Origin: an uncultured Candidatus Bathyarchaeia archaeon | Lineage (GTDB): Archaea > Thermoproteota > Bathyarchaeia > Bathyarchaeales > Bathycorpusculaceae | Reading direction: 5' to 3' | Assembly (NCBI GenBank): GCA_964548345.1 | Contig: CAZJQR010000001.1 | Coordinates: forward strand, 1 to 58,870 | DNA: 58,870 nucleotides | Shown here: in pieces, positions 42,855 to 52,685 of the stretch | Layout of the letters: every line of letters starts with the position of its first letter | Numbering within the stretch: the stretch's first letter is position 1 | Notes under the pieces: model-generated | Databases searched by the model: none | What the model saw: the letters and a program-made list of their open reading frames with translations, nothing else | What the model was told of the DNA's origin: nothing | Program-made: the position numbers and the translations under genes

Positions 42855-44090
42855 CTAACTCGCCACCTGAGCCCTACCCTTGCAGATCAGAAACACAGCC
42901 GCGGCTGTCGGAACCTCAACCGTTTGACTTCTGTAAGGACCCAACACGCTCCTACCCAACCTAAATTCTGGCACCTCAGAGACAAACACTTTCACGGCGC
43001 CCTCTTTAAAAGCTACTGCCTCCTCAAACGGGTCAAAATCCGCGAGGCGCTTAACTGGAAACTCCACTTTTTTTAAACCTGTTTTACCGTGTAAAGTGCC
43101 GTTCATCCGTATCAAGCGATGTGTATCCGTGGTCACAACCGTGTCGATTTTAGACGATTCAAGGTCCTTCACGTACTCAACTAGTTTCCTCCAAGTTCCA
43201 ACGCTGACGCCTTTAACGCTGCTCCACCTGCCTTCCTCAAGGCACCGCTTCAGAATCAACTCTTTGTTCCGCAAAATGACCGCGGAGTTTCTTTTAACTC
43301 CAGCGTTTGTCAAGTTCTCTTTTGTGGCGTTCAAAATGAAGTTTCTAAGTCCCAGTTTTAAGCGTCTGTTCCAACCGAAATTATGCAAACTAAAACTGCG
43401 AGAACGACGACGCCTCTGTGACCTTCCCTTTGCTTCACCACCGAACACTGCTAGGCCCAGCCCAGTAACGTAATCAACGATTTCCTTGCGAGCCATGGCA
43501 TCCAGCGTCTTAACGGCTTCGTTCTCAACGTGAACGTGGTATCCACGGTGACCGGAAAAAAACACATGCAGCTCCTTATCGGAAAACCCAAAGTCCGCGC
43601 TCAACATGTCGATTAGCTTAGCGGTTTCATCTTTGGCTGATTCCAAACAGAGGTCACACGCCCACGTTTTAGTTTCAAACTTTTGACCGTCACAGACGGG
43701 GCAAGCTTCAGGAGTAATACCCTTTCCGCTGAAACCGCATTTGTTGCAAACCCATTTGTCATGGATTTTATTACATGATGTGGGAATGTGATCAGCGTCT
43801 ATGTCAAAGACAAGGTCAGCGCCAAGCCAGCCTTTCTTATCCATCTCAGCCTCAGGATTTTCGTAATAAGCACAAGAGCGGTAAACATCTGAAGGAACCG
43901 CCTCGCCGAGAAACAACCGGAGGTCACTTATGCGCGCAAAAACCCTATGCCGTAGCATTATTCGTTCCTTAAAGAGAAGGAAACCGAGTTCCCTCTGGCC
44001 GAGCGAAGAGGGAGAAGGAATAACTGTGGACGAGGCATTGTAGAAGTCAGAAAATTTTCCATAAACGAAGTCTCTGGAAGACACAGTCAC
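42855..44090 (-). CDS. priS: DNA primase small (catalytic) subunit
   Basis: 411 aa with the catalytic DLVFDIDADH, a zinc knuckle (CNKCG...CPVCDG) and FFSGHRGYHVHV. Confidence 0.9.
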   Translation of the reverse strand: MTVSSRDFVYGKFSDFYNASSTVIPSPSSLGQRELGFLLFKERIMLRHRVFARISDLRLFLGEAVPSDVYRSCAYYENPEAEMDKKGWLGADLVFDIDADHIPTSCNKIHDKWVCNKCGFSGKGITPEACPVCDGQKFETKTWACDLCLESAKDETAKLIDMLSADFGFSDKELHVFFSGHRGYHVHVENEAVKTLDAMARKEIVDYVTGLGLAVFGGEAKGRSQRRRRSRSFSLHNFGWNRRLKLGLRNFILNATKENLTNAGVKRNSAVILRNKELILKRCLEEGRWSSVKGVSVGTWRKLVEYVKDLESSKIDTVVTTDTHRLIRMNGTLHGKTGLKKVEFPVKRLADFDPFEEAVAFKEGAVKVFVSEVPEFRLGRSVLGPYRSQTVEVPTAAAVFLICKGRAQVAS

Positions 44091-44186
44091 CTCTCCGCTT
44101 CCCCCTGCTTTATCGAGTAGATGATTTCACTTCCCCAAATTTAACCATTAACCTCGCGCCTGAAATTCGAGATTATTTAAAAACGA

Positions 44187-45881
44187 TTAGAGACCTAACA
44201 CTCTTTTCCAGCCGTCCAAAACGTGCAATGGATCAAAAGAAATCCCGCTGAAAGAAAGCACAGCAACCATAAAGATCAGCCAGATCATCGTGACCTCCAT
44301 GTCTCTCTTTTGCTGAGGAATTAACGCGTAGCAAAAGAAGAACGGCAGATACCAAATTTGGAAAAAAGGCATGGTAAAACTAGGTAACAGGAGGAAAATT
44401 ACAGACAGGGAAATCAAAGGGTTTCTGTTGCGCATGTAAATCGCAAAAAGCAGAGTTACAGTTAGAGTTAATAACACCGCAGACGACTGTAGCGCCCAAG
44501 GTATCTGCACGTGAGAGCTGAAAGCGTTTACCCCGTTACTCACAAACTCTGGTCTTGTTGCTATCAAAAAAGGCGCGCTTAAAACAGCCGTAAACACGGC
44601 GAATCCTACAAGAACAGCAGCGGCGATAACCGCTTTGTTTCTAATTATGCTGGAGTACCCATGCTGCTCAAAAAGCTTCAGCACCCCCATTATCATGAGA
44701 GGCAACAGGAAAATGGCTGTTTGATATTTAAAAGTCACAGAAAGGGCCATAAACAAAAAGAAATAGTCATATCGCCCATCCAAGAACAGGCTTATGGCGA
44801 CTAAGGACAACAGGAAGGGAACGGCATCAAACATTCCATTAGCCGCGTAAACAATCAGAGGCACGTATAAAGCGTATACCCCCACCAACTTCAACAGGGG
44901 AAACATTTTCTGCTTCCAAAAGCGCTCAAGAAAATAGTACAAGCTAAAGTTAGCAAACAAAAGGAAAACAGCTATTTCCATTTTGAAGACAAAAAACTGA
45001 TTGACACCGCCCTGAAGCAAAAAACCGAAGGGAAGAAACAAAAATATGCTGCCCAAGGGATAGAGGTGCGACATCTGAGACCAAGTTACAAACTTGTAAT
45101 AGGAACTGTCGCCACTGGCTAATTGACCCATGGGAGTGTCAAAAATGGAAAAACCAACTTTTGTGAACAAGCTTGAGGCGTATGAGTGCCGCGCGTGGTC
45201 CGTGTACCAATTTTCAAATGTTGCGAGAGGAGTAGGGTTTACTGCCAGAAGGAAAAACCAAAAAGCTAAAGACAAAAGTATCAAAATTAACAGTATCCAA
45301 CGGCCTTTTTGGCTTAAAAGCTGCGCTTTATGTTCGTCCGCCCTAAGCACAGAGTATCTGCGGAGCGCGGGTTTCAGCAACAACAGCATGATGGAGCCCA
45401 AACTAAAGAAGAACAAGACTTTGGCAGGAGTGTTAACCCACGAAAAGGGAAAAAGAACCGTGGGTTTCTGAACAGACACTTCAAGGTGAAGTTCGTTGGC
45501 AGTGTTTAAATCGGTAAAGAAAACTACCTCATAATATTCAGCGTCCGCAGTGAATGAATACTCAATGTCCGCTGGTGACACGTTAGAATAGCACGTGCCG
45601 TTGTAGGTCTGTATTGAAAAGTTGAGTGGAGAATTTGCCAGGTTACGGACTGAGATTGAAATGTTCTCGCCGCCTTGAAAAGAACCTAGACCGTGGCTTC
45701 GCATTTCCAAAGGCGTTAACCTAAAGGAATCATCAATGATAACATGGGTTTCAATGTCATTGGTGGCGACGGGGAAAAGGCTGACAACCGCAAGAACTAC
45801 GCTTGACACGAGCAATAACAGAACCACAAAAAGAAGAACCTTGGCCGCTTCAAGCTGCTTCATCGAAACCGTCCTCTGCAT
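44187..45881 (-). CDS. Polytopic membrane protein with an N-terminal extracytoplasmic domain, possibly a GT-C-type glycosyltransferase
   Basis: 564 aa: one TM, a soluble domain of about 130 aa, then about 12 TM helices. It is a neighbour of a Dol-P-sugar synthase-type GT2. The function is inferred from topology and context only. Confidence 0.5.
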   Translation of the reverse strand: MQRTVSMKQLEAAKVLLFVVLLLLVSSVVLAVVSLFPVATNDIETHVIIDDSFRLTPLEMRSHGLGSFQGGENISISVRNLANSPLNFSIQTYNGTCYSNVSPADIEYSFTADAEYYEVVFFTDLNTANELHLEVSVQKPTVLFPFSWVNTPAKVLFFFSLGSIMLLLLKPALRRYSVLRADEHKAQLLSQKGRWILLILILLSLAFWFFLLAVNPTPLATFENWYTDHARHSYASSLFTKVGFSIFDTPMGQLASGDSSYYKFVTWSQMSHLYPLGSIFLFLPFGFLLQGGVNQFFVFKMEIAVFLLFANFSLYYFLERFWKQKMFPLLKLVGVYALYVPLIVYAANGMFDAVPFLLSLVAISLFLDGRYDYFFLFMALSVTFKYQTAIFLLPLMIMGVLKLFEQHGYSSIIRNKAVIAAAVLVGFAVFTAVLSAPFLIATRPEFVSNGVNAFSSHVQIPWALQSSAVLLTLTVTLLFAIYMRNRNPLISLSVIFLLLPSFTMPFFQIWYLPFFFCYALIPQQKRDMEVTMIWLIFMVAVLSFSGISFDPLHVLDGWKRVLGL

Positions 45882-46008
45882 GTGCCGTATTCGAAAGCAT
45901 ATGTTTACTGCGTTATTTTAATTTCGTGTAATTCCAAAGTTTAGCCAGCGACGCCGCGCCTAAAAATTTACAGAAACAAGGCTTCCTTGGCGGGTGAAAA
46001 TTCATTTT

Positions 46009-46758
46009 TTACCTGTTTCGCCCACGCAACGCTGTTTTAAAAACGTATGAAACGTAACTCTGAATCTCCGTCAACGAAAGCTTGGACTTGCCCCTTTTCC
46101 TGTTGACAAACAGTATGGGGGTTTCTTTTATAACAAAATTTCTAGAAAGGGCCTGCCGCAGGGTTTCAATCTGAATTTCATAGGTTTGGCTGTGCAGACT
46201 GCCAATTGCCGCTCGTATGAAGCTGGTGGAGTAGCAACGGAAGCCACTTGTACAATCATTAAGCTTCAAGCCAACTAAAAATTTAGCTACAATGTTCGCC
46301 GTTCGACTGATGATTTTTCTTGTGCACGACCACCCAGATATTTCGCCGCCGCGGCAGTATCTGCTACCTATCACTATTCCACAGCCCGCTTGCATTTTTG
46401 ACAAAAGCTGCGGTATCGCTTTCGGGTTATGCGAATAATCGGCATCCATAGCGATTATAAATTTCGGCGGGAGCTTTAATGATAAAAAGATTTTGAAGCC
46501 GTCTGTTATAGCGGTTCCTAACCCGCGCTTTTCTGGCCTAACACAAAGAAGAATGTTACCGTACTTCTTCTGCAGATTTTTAACGACCTCTGCAGTCCTG
46601 TCCGGGCTGGAGTCGTCTACCACGAGGATTGAGGGTTCTATCGGAAGGGTTTCAATTTCCTCAATCAAGCTGGCTATGTTTTCCGCTTCACGGTACGTAG
46701 GCAGAATCACACCAACATCTAAGGCGCCCCTTAAGTCGCCCGTTAACTGAAAGGACAT
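46009..46758 (-). CDS. GT2-family dolichyl/polyprenyl-phosphate sugar synthase (DPM1-like)
   Basis: 249 aa with ILPTYREAENI, VVDDSSPD, the DxD motif (MDADYSH) and SGFRCY. Confidence 0.85.
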   Translation of the reverse strand: MSFQLTGDLRGALDVGVILPTYREAENIASLIEEIETLPIEPSILVVDDSSPDRTAEVVKNLQKKYGNILLCVRPEKRGLGTAITDGFKIFLSLKLPPKFIIAMDADYSHNPKAIPQLLSKMQAGCGIVIGSRYCRGGEISGWSCTRKIISRTANIVAKFLVGLKLNDCTSGFRCYSTSFIRAAIGSLHSQTYEIQIETLRQALSRNFVIKETPILFVNRKRGKSKLSLTEIQSYVSYVFKTALRGRNR

Positions 46759-46851
46759 TAAATCCGCCTCAGCTCATAAGCAGTTGCTGTTAACTAATAA
46801 AGCTTAATAAAAAAGCCAGAAACAACCTCGTTTTTAATGTATTTTATTGGT

Positions 46852-47880
46852 TTATCGCTTCAGTTTACGTCTGTAATAAGCTAAGGGATGGCGAACCTGG
46901 CGACATAAAGCATCGCTGTTCACGCAAACGCCGTGAGTCTGCAAAGTCGCACACTGAGGCGGGGTGTACCGCGTTCTGGAACCTCTTTCTCCTGCGATGT
47001 GCTCGATTTGATAGCGCGTTAGCCTCTCGTTGTAGTCGGAGAAGCTCTTGAACAGCTCGTTCACCTTTTCCGAAGGCATGCCGATGCTTACGAGGAAGGA
47101 AGTTAACGTGAATCGGCCCACGTGTGAAAGATGATGCCCCTTCGACACAGCTTCTTGAAGGGCGACAATGCACGGTGGAAAAGCGGATTGCGCCACAACC
47201 TTGGGAAAGCCCTCCATCTCTTCTTGACCGATGCGTTCCTTGGCTAATTCCACTAGCCGCTCTGCCATATCCGTTATTTCTTCTGGAAAGTTTGGAAGCT
47301 CCTTTGCTTCCAGCCTACTTTCTATGCGTCTTTGAACCTCTTCTTGCAGAAGCCTCGCAACGTCGTGCTGGTTTAGGTAAACTTTCCCATCCACCAAAAT
47401 GCGGTTAACAAGCTTCCACTTCTTGTCCCGTAAATGCGCCGTGTTCCGCAAGTAGTCGGCAAAATTGACCTCAAACTCGAGAGGTATCATAGAGCCTCGA
47501 TTAGGTGCAAGATTCCAACCGAAGTCCAGCGCAATCGCCACAATTCTGTCACGGGTTTCAAGTTGCAGGTCGCTGAAAGCCTGTTTTGCCTCGGCTAAAG
47601 CGTAACGTTTCTTGATGAAGGAGTTCTTGGTGGCAATCGCTAACATGATTGCAACAGGAAAAGACGGAATTTCCACGTAGCTTTCGCGTTTTTCGCCAAC
47701 GGAAATGAATAAGATGGCGTTTTCAACTCTTTCACCCGCACGGCTCAGAACCTGAGCCATCTCAGGATTTGCCAAGTCTTCAATTTTCAAGCCTAGTTTT
47801 TTCATGTGCTCTGCGGTTTCTTTCAGAAAAGGGTATTTCGCCAAGTCGTTTTGGGTGAACCGTACCGTTTCCATTTGCAT
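46852..47880 (-). CDS. priL: DNA primase large subunit
   Basis: 342 aa. The C-terminal Fe-S domain has PPCIVALQEA..., YTPPQCATLQTHGVCVNSDALC and HPLAYY. Confidence 0.9.
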   Translation of the reverse strand: MQMETVRFTQNDLAKYPFLKETAEHMKKLGLKIEDLANPEMAQVLSRAGERVENAILFISVGEKRESYVEIPSFPVAIMLAIATKNSFIKKRYALAEAKQAFSDLQLETRDRIVAIALDFGWNLAPNRGSMIPLEFEVNFADYLRNTAHLRDKKWKLVNRILVDGKVYLNQHDVARLLQEEVQRRIESRLEAKELPNFPEEITDMAERLVELAKERIGQEEMEGFPKVVAQSAFPPCIVALQEAVSKGHHLSHVGRFTLTSFLVSIGMPSEKVNELFKSFSDYNERLTRYQIEHIAGERGSRTRYTPPQCATLQTHGVCVNSDALCRQVRHPLAYYRRKLKR

Positions 47881-47889
47881 GTTAGATCA

Positions 47890-48645
47890 TTATTCGGTTT
47901 CGATTCTTGGCGCGAGGAAGAAAGTCAGTTTTCCCTCTTTTGTCTGCTGAAAGTCTATCCGCACGGGCATGTCGGTTGAAAATTCAAGCGTGGCGATGTC
48001 AGATGTAGCTGACGCAGCCTTTATGATTTCGGACAAGTAGCTTAGGCTGAAAGTCGCCTTTGAATTCTCTTTTGCTTCCAAGTCGAGCAAGGCGTCGCTT
48101 CCCTTCTGAAGAGTTATCGTTGCACCCATCAAGTCGCCTGCGGCGTTCAAAACCAGTTTCTCCGCATCCGCCTCTATCCGAACGTGGTCGCTCACGAGTT
48201 GAGCGTCCGCTATTGCTTGGCTCAGCCCCTGCGTCGTGGTTTTAGCTTTTATGTTGAAAGCTATTTTCGGGGTAGGAACCTCTTCTTCTGATGCCTCAAG
48301 CGTGGGCATGTTGAAGTTGCGGCTGTACTTTCCTGTTATTTTGATTTGGAGACGCCCAGTTTTATCGTCTAGAGACAGCTCTACTGCCTCATCCTTGCCG
48401 GCGCGCTTGAGCAGCTTCAACAATTCGCTTATGTTTATACACATCTTTGAAGGCGCTTCGCACACGTACTCCTCGAAGATTGTTTTAGGCCATTCGAAAT
48501 CAATCATGGCGACGCGAGAAGGGTCCATCGCGCGCAGTTTCAAGCCTTCAGGTTCAATTTTGAAGGTGGCTTCATCTACGAGAATGGAGATGGCAGTAGC
48601 CATGTCTCTTAAGAGTTTAGCGTCAGATACTTTAAGCTTAAACAT
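47890..48645 (-). CDS. pcn: DNA polymerase sliding clamp (PCNA)
   Basis: 251 aa. MFKLKVSDAKLLRDMATAISILVDEATFKIEPEGLKLRAMDPSRVAMIDF is the classic PCNA N-terminus. The gene sits next to priL. Confidence 0.95.
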   Translation of the reverse strand: MFKLKVSDAKLLRDMATAISILVDEATFKIEPEGLKLRAMDPSRVAMIDFEWPKTIFEEYVCEAPSKMCINISELLKLLKRAGKDEAVELSLDDKTGRLQIKITGKYSRNFNMPTLEASEEEVPTPKIAFNIKAKTTTQGLSQAIADAQLVSDHVRIEADAEKLVLNAAGDLMGATITLQKGSDALLDLEAKENSKATFSLSYLSEIIKAASATSDIATLEFSTDMPVRIDFQQTKEGKLTFFLAPRIETE

Positions 48646-48734
48646 GTCCGTTTTCCTCGCTTAATGCATGTGCTATGGGATATAAAAGACTTACACTAAA
48701 ATCTTTGCGCCCCACAAGAAAGCATCTATAGTTG

Positions 48735-48777
48735 AAAAAACAAGCAGCCCAGAGTCAACAGGCTGTATTTAGCCTGT
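48735..48777 (-). terminator. Putative terminator after tfs
   Basis: On the minus strand, 20 nt after the tfs stop, a perfect 7-bp hairpin (acaggct-gtattt-agcctgt, 48758-48777) is followed 17 nt later by T6 (48735-48740). Confidence 0.35.
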
Positions 48778-48796
48778 GCACGAGATGAAACTGGCC

Positions 48797-49150
48797 TTAG
48801 CTGTATTCTCTGAATGTGTAGTTGCATTTTGTGCAACGGAGGAACTGGGTTGAAGATTCGTCAGCGCTTCTTGTCTGCACTTGCCAGACGTAAGCGGTGT
48901 TGTTTCCGCATTTTGGGCACTCGATTCGAACGGTGGGGAGTGTTCGGAGCTTTTGTTCTTCCTTGCCTATCACGGCTACAAACTGTTGTGGATTATGCTG
49001 AATTACTTTGCCGATTTTGGGTTCGACCTTCTGGGCTGATTCCTGCTTTTTGTATCCGCATTTCGGACAGACCAGCATCAAGGATGACTCCTTGCCTGTC
49101 TTCGGTTTCTTAAACTCGAGGCGAGAACCACATTTCGGACAGAATTCCAT
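48797..49150 (-). CDS. tfs: Transcription factor S (TFIIS/RpoM-like cleavage factor)
   Basis: 117 aa with an N-terminal Zn ribbon (CPKCGS...CPKCG) and a C-terminal ribbon (CPKCGN...QTRSADESSTQFLRCTKC) carrying the acidic hairpin. Confidence 0.9.
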   Translation of the reverse strand: MEFCPKCGSRLEFKKPKTGKESSLMLVCPKCGYKKQESAQKVEPKIGKVIQHNPQQFVAVIGKEEQKLRTLPTVRIECPKCGNNTAYVWQVQTRSADESSTQFLRCTKCNYTFREYS

Positions 49151-49220
49151 ATACGATACTCCGTTATCCGTTTGCGATTCACTTTGCAGGGTCTCTTTTA
49201 AACTTTTTCTAATTCCAAGG

Positions 49221-49808
49221 CTACAGACCGCTTATTCCAGACGCAATAAGATGTGCCACACGCAACGCTTCCGGAATGTTGCTTCGGGTTGAGGTCAACC
49301 GCAAGATTTTTTGCGCATCCCCTTTTGAGACACCAACAGTCTGAATATAGACTTTCGCCTTCGTGTCTCGGGTAGAGACCCCAATGGGTTCTCCCGCGTT
49401 AAGAATTGTTTTCCAGCGCTCTTCGCTGTGAGGGAGATTTTGGAGCGCTTTGCGGATTTCTGCGAAGTCAGGTTTTCCACGCGTCACCGTTATAACAGGC
49501 AGCTCTGTCTCCGCATTGAGCGCTTTAACATCCACTATGTTGAAGCCAGCAAATGTTATGCCGTTCAACATTATCACCCGTAACTGCTTGTAGTGAGGTG
49601 AACTGGTTATCATGAATGATATCCTGTCTGTGGCATCGAAGCCATCTACAGCTATTTTGGTGTGCATGAAGCCGTCAAGCCAGTAGCCTCCTCTGAACAC
49701 CACGCCAACTACTGGAACCTGACCCTTCACGTGCGGGATGAATGCGCCGTCATCTACCCCTAAAACTCGGATTTCAGGTTTTATCACGCGGAAGCTTTTG
49801 CGGTTCAA
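49221..49808 (-). CDS. UPF0215/DUF99 family protein (EndoV-fold)
   Basis: 195 aa. IRVLGVDDGAF...VVGVVFRGGYWLDG...ITFAGFNIVD matches the DUF99 pattern. Starts are TTG at 49808 or GTG 8 codons in. Confidence 0.75.
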   Translation of the reverse strand: MNRKSFRVIKPEIRVLGVDDGAFIPHVKGQVPVVGVVFRGGYWLDGFMHTKIAVDGFDATDRISFMITSSPHYKQLRVIMLNGITFAGFNIVDVKALNAETELPVITVTRGKPDFAEIRKALQNLPHSEERWKTILNAGEPIGVSTRDTKAKVYIQTVGVSKGDAQKILRLTSTRSNIPEALRVAHLIASGISGL

Positions 49809-49960
49809 AACGGTTTTTCCTTGGAGGTTTGGATGTTAAGTATCTTGTGCGCGTGTTATAAGTTTAAGTGTTTTCTTAAGTCTCGAAGGCTATCATCCTT
49901 GCTGAGGCTCTAGAACACTACAGGAACTGAGCGGGGGTACTTTCGCTTAAAAACTAAGGA

Positions 49961-50251
49961 TTAAGCTTTGAGAGCTTTCTTTAGTTCCTTACCGAAGGCT
50001 TTGTTCGCTTCGCGGGCTTTCTCTGCAGCTTTAATCAACGCGTCTTCAGGTTTTGCTGATCCTTTCATCCTGACATAAATTACGGGGCTTGATGCTAAAG
50101 GATGTGGCACGTCGTAGCCAGCTAAGTCCACTCTCTCATCTTCCAAGAGCTTTTTCTGCAGCAGGTTACAGAGACCGTGACCTGCACCTTCAACTTCTAT
50201 TTTAAGTTCATTTGCCTCTTTCTTTAACACTCTGACCTTCAATTTGCTCAT
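49961..50251 (-). CDS. rpoL: DNA-directed RNA polymerase subunit L (Rpo11)
   Basis: 96 aa: LKIEVEGAGHGLCNLLQKKLLEDERVDLAGYDVPHPL. Confidence 0.9.
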   Translation of the reverse strand: MSKLKVRVLKKEANELKIEVEGAGHGLCNLLQKKLLEDERVDLAGYDVPHPLASSPVIYVRMKGSAKPEDALIKAAEKAREANKAFGKELKKALKA

Positions 50252-50829
50252 ATCTCCTCTTTTCCATAATCCAAAGTAATTTTGCGCCTTTCAATGTTAC
50301 CGCATTTCGGGCACTGCATCTCATGCCGTTTTGGCTCCAGCAAACTTGAACAACGGGAACAAAAAGCGTACACTACGCCTAAATCTTTATCCTTAGTGGA
50401 GAGATGAGAAACCTGATTCTTGTTGCTTATAACCTTAGTCCGTATTATGTCGCCCGGCTTGCACACTTCATTCATAGATGTAACATATCTCTCCTGCACA
50501 TCAGAAATATGCAGGATGCCCGTGAAGACACCTGAAAGCTTCTTAGGACCTATCTTGAAAATTCTAACCAGAACATTGTCGGATTGAGCGTTGCCAACTT
50601 GGCCCACGACTGTAGCTGAGACATTCGGAACGGACGCCCCCGTAATCAACGGGTAAACCGAAACACGCTTGCTAACTAAATCCATTAACGTGCGACCAAC
50701 AATTTTGGAGTAGATTACACCGTCTTTCACGTACGTTCCAGAATCTGGAATGAACTCTTCAATAACACCTAAGCGTTCTCCAGGCAACACTAGATGACCG
50801 CTTTTATGTTCAGATGCTTTCAAACTCAT
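50248..50829 (-). CDS. csl4: Exosome complex RNA-binding protein Csl4
   Basis: VLPGERLG, an S1 domain (GILHISDV...PGDIIRTKV) and a C-terminal Zn ribbon (CSRCSS...CPKCGN). The start is taken at ATG 50829. It overlaps rpoL by 4 nt. Confidence 0.85.
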   Translation of the reverse strand: MSLKASEHKSGHLVLPGERLGVIEEFIPDSGTYVKDGVIYSKIVGRTLMDLVSKRVSVYPLITGASVPNVSATVVGQVGNAQSDNVLVRIFKIGPKKLSGVFTGILHISDVQERYVTSMNEVCKPGDIIRTKVISNKNQVSHLSTKDKDLGVVYAFCSRCSSLLEPKRHEMQCPKCGNIERRKITLDYGKEEI

Positions 50830-50941
50830 GCTATTTTCCCTTACTGTGAAATATAAGCGATACAGAGACATTCTCTGAACGGGTATATCCTAAGTTTCTA
50901 CGCTGCTCAATAAACCTTTTGATTATTCGCTCCAAGAAACA

Positions 50942-51640
50942 TCAGCTTTTCTTTATAACGTACAAGTCAACTACAAAATCGTGTTTTATTTTAGTGTGGA
51001 AGTCAAACATGCGTGGAATGGTCATGAGCATGGCGTAAACTGCCTTAACCACGCCTTGGTGGCGCTCAACAAACTTCTCGATAAAAGGCGATGGAACAAC
51101 CTGTAGCAGACTTGCCGGGTTTGCTTTCAGCTTTTTTATCAACTGTTTGTCTGTTTGCGGGTGATTATGAAGCGAGTAAACCACTTTTCCAACTTCCAAA
51201 GCTTTTTCCAAAAACTTTCTGTCGGCAGCCCTTTTTTGCACGCCGAAAGGAGGATTCTGCAACACAGTATCAAAGCTGCCCGTTATCGCGTTGATACCAC
51301 CAATGACCCATTGAACATTGGCTTTGAACCCTGCCTTTTCCGAATTTTCAGACGCCGCTTTTATCGCTTTTTTATCGATGTCAACACCTACAACAAGCTC
51401 CGCTCCCAAATAAGAAGCGGCGAAAGCGAGACGCCCAGTGCCGCAGCCCAAATCTAAAACTGTTTTACCAGTAATATCGCCATTTGTGTAAGCAGCTAGG
51501 TAAAGCACTGTCGCCGCAACCGCTTCTGAGACCGTGTACTGCTCAAGACTCACTTGAGGAGATGGATGAGGCTCTATTTGTGATAGAAACCGTTCCAAAT
51601 CTAGTTTTCGAACAAGCCTTTTTTGAGCAGGTTTTCCCAT
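50942..51640 (-). CDS. METTL5-like class I SAM methyltransferase (N6-adenine type, NPPF motif)
   Basis: LEQYTV..., motif [18 protein letters not shown], motif [10 protein letters not shown]. It belongs to the conserved dph2-methylase-csl4-rpoL gene string. Confidence 0.75.
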   Translation of the reverse strand: MGKPAQKRLVRKLDLERFLSQIEPHPSPQVSLEQYTVSEAVAATVLYLAAYTNGDITGKTVLDLGCGTGRLAFAASYLGAELVVGVDIDKKAIKAASENSEKAGFKANVQWVIGGINAITGSFDTVLQNPPFGVQKRAADRKFLEKALEVGKVVYSLHNHPQTDKQLIKKLKANPASLLQVVPSPFIEKFVERHQGVVKAVYAMLMTIPRMFDFHTKIKHDFVVDLYVIKKS

Positions 51641-52602
51641 GAAGATTCGCCGCAGACCACCATAAACTCGTTAACGGTTAACACAGGCTTTAAGAATTTC
51701 GAAGGAGCATCAAGAGATACACGTGGACAAGCAGTGTTCACATACGCGTCGACAGAGGGAAACTCCATCAGCGCCTCGGGCAAAATTTCCTTAATTGCAA
51801 AAAGGAAAGCCACTTTTCCGTTTTTTTCAGCGATCTCCTTGATTTTCAGCGCGTCCTCCAGACGCTTTTGACCCAGTTTCAAGCCGACTAATACACCAAA
51901 GGCTTTGGCATGTCTGGCTTCTTCGACGCAAGCCCATCGTTGCTTAAGGATTTTCTGTGCCTCTTCATCTATAGAGTAAGCCCTGTTTTCATAGGGGTCT
52001 GCGATTATCGTGGGTTTAGATGTGCTGAGAGCTATGCCTAACGCGTGGAACCGTCCACCACCAACAAAGAGAAAAGCCTCAACGCCGTTGGCTACAGACC
52101 TGACGTTGCTGTAGTCGCAGCCCATCACCTGCCCCGGGTAAATCACTCGCCCAGCGTCCCCTACCACCACCGTTTTTCCAGCTCGAACAAGAATTTCTCT
52201 AGCCTCATCAAGCGTCTGCACATGCTGCACCGTGGTTGCCAAGCCTATTTTGCCATATTTGCTCAGCAGCGGAACGGACTTCTTGACCGACCCAGCAACT
52301 GTCACCGTTGCCCTGGCTTCAACGTAAACAGTGGGAACCTGCTCATGCTTCACCAGTTTCGCATGCCCGACGTGCACTATCAGGTCTATTCCTAAGCGTT
52401 CTGCTTCAGCAGTCGCGAGGTCGCAAGCGCCGTAGCATGGGTCAGCAGAGATTATGGGAAGCGCACCCGTTTTCTCGATAATCTTGGCTAAACGGGGAGC
52501 TTCAGGTTTTAAGCCTTCAGGTAACTGCAACAGAACGCGTTTTGCCGCAAGCTTGGCGATTTCCTGTTTTATTCGTTCTTCCTCAAAATCGATGCCTTTC
52601 AT
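51601..52602 (-). CDS. dph2: 2-(3-amino-3-carboxypropyl)histidine synthase (diphthamide biosynthesis Dph2)
   Basis: [27 protein letters not shown] and FVGGGRFH. The start is taken at ATG 52602 (MKGIDFEEE). Confidence 0.9.
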   Translation of the reverse strand: MKGIDFEEERIKQEIAKLAAKRVLLQLPEGLKPEAPRLAKIIEKTGALPIISADPCYGACDLATAEAERLGIDLIVHVGHAKLVKHEQVPTVYVEARATVTVAGSVKKSVPLLSKYGKIGLATTVQHVQTLDEAREILVRAGKTVVVGDAGRVIYPGQVMGCDYSNVRSVANGVEAFLFVGGGRFHALGIALSTSKPTIIADPYENRAYSIDEEAQKILKQRWACVEEARHAKAFGVLVGLKLGQKRLEDALKIKEIAEKNGKVAFLFAIKEILPEALMEFPSVDAYVNTACPRVSLDAPSKFLKPVLTVNEFMVVCGESSWENLLKKGLFEN

Positions 52603-52685
52603 AAATATGCGCCAACAAGATGCCTTTACGCTGAGCAACTGAAAAAGGAAAAGGTCAACGTTTGCACTGTTTGAGGTCTACAAAG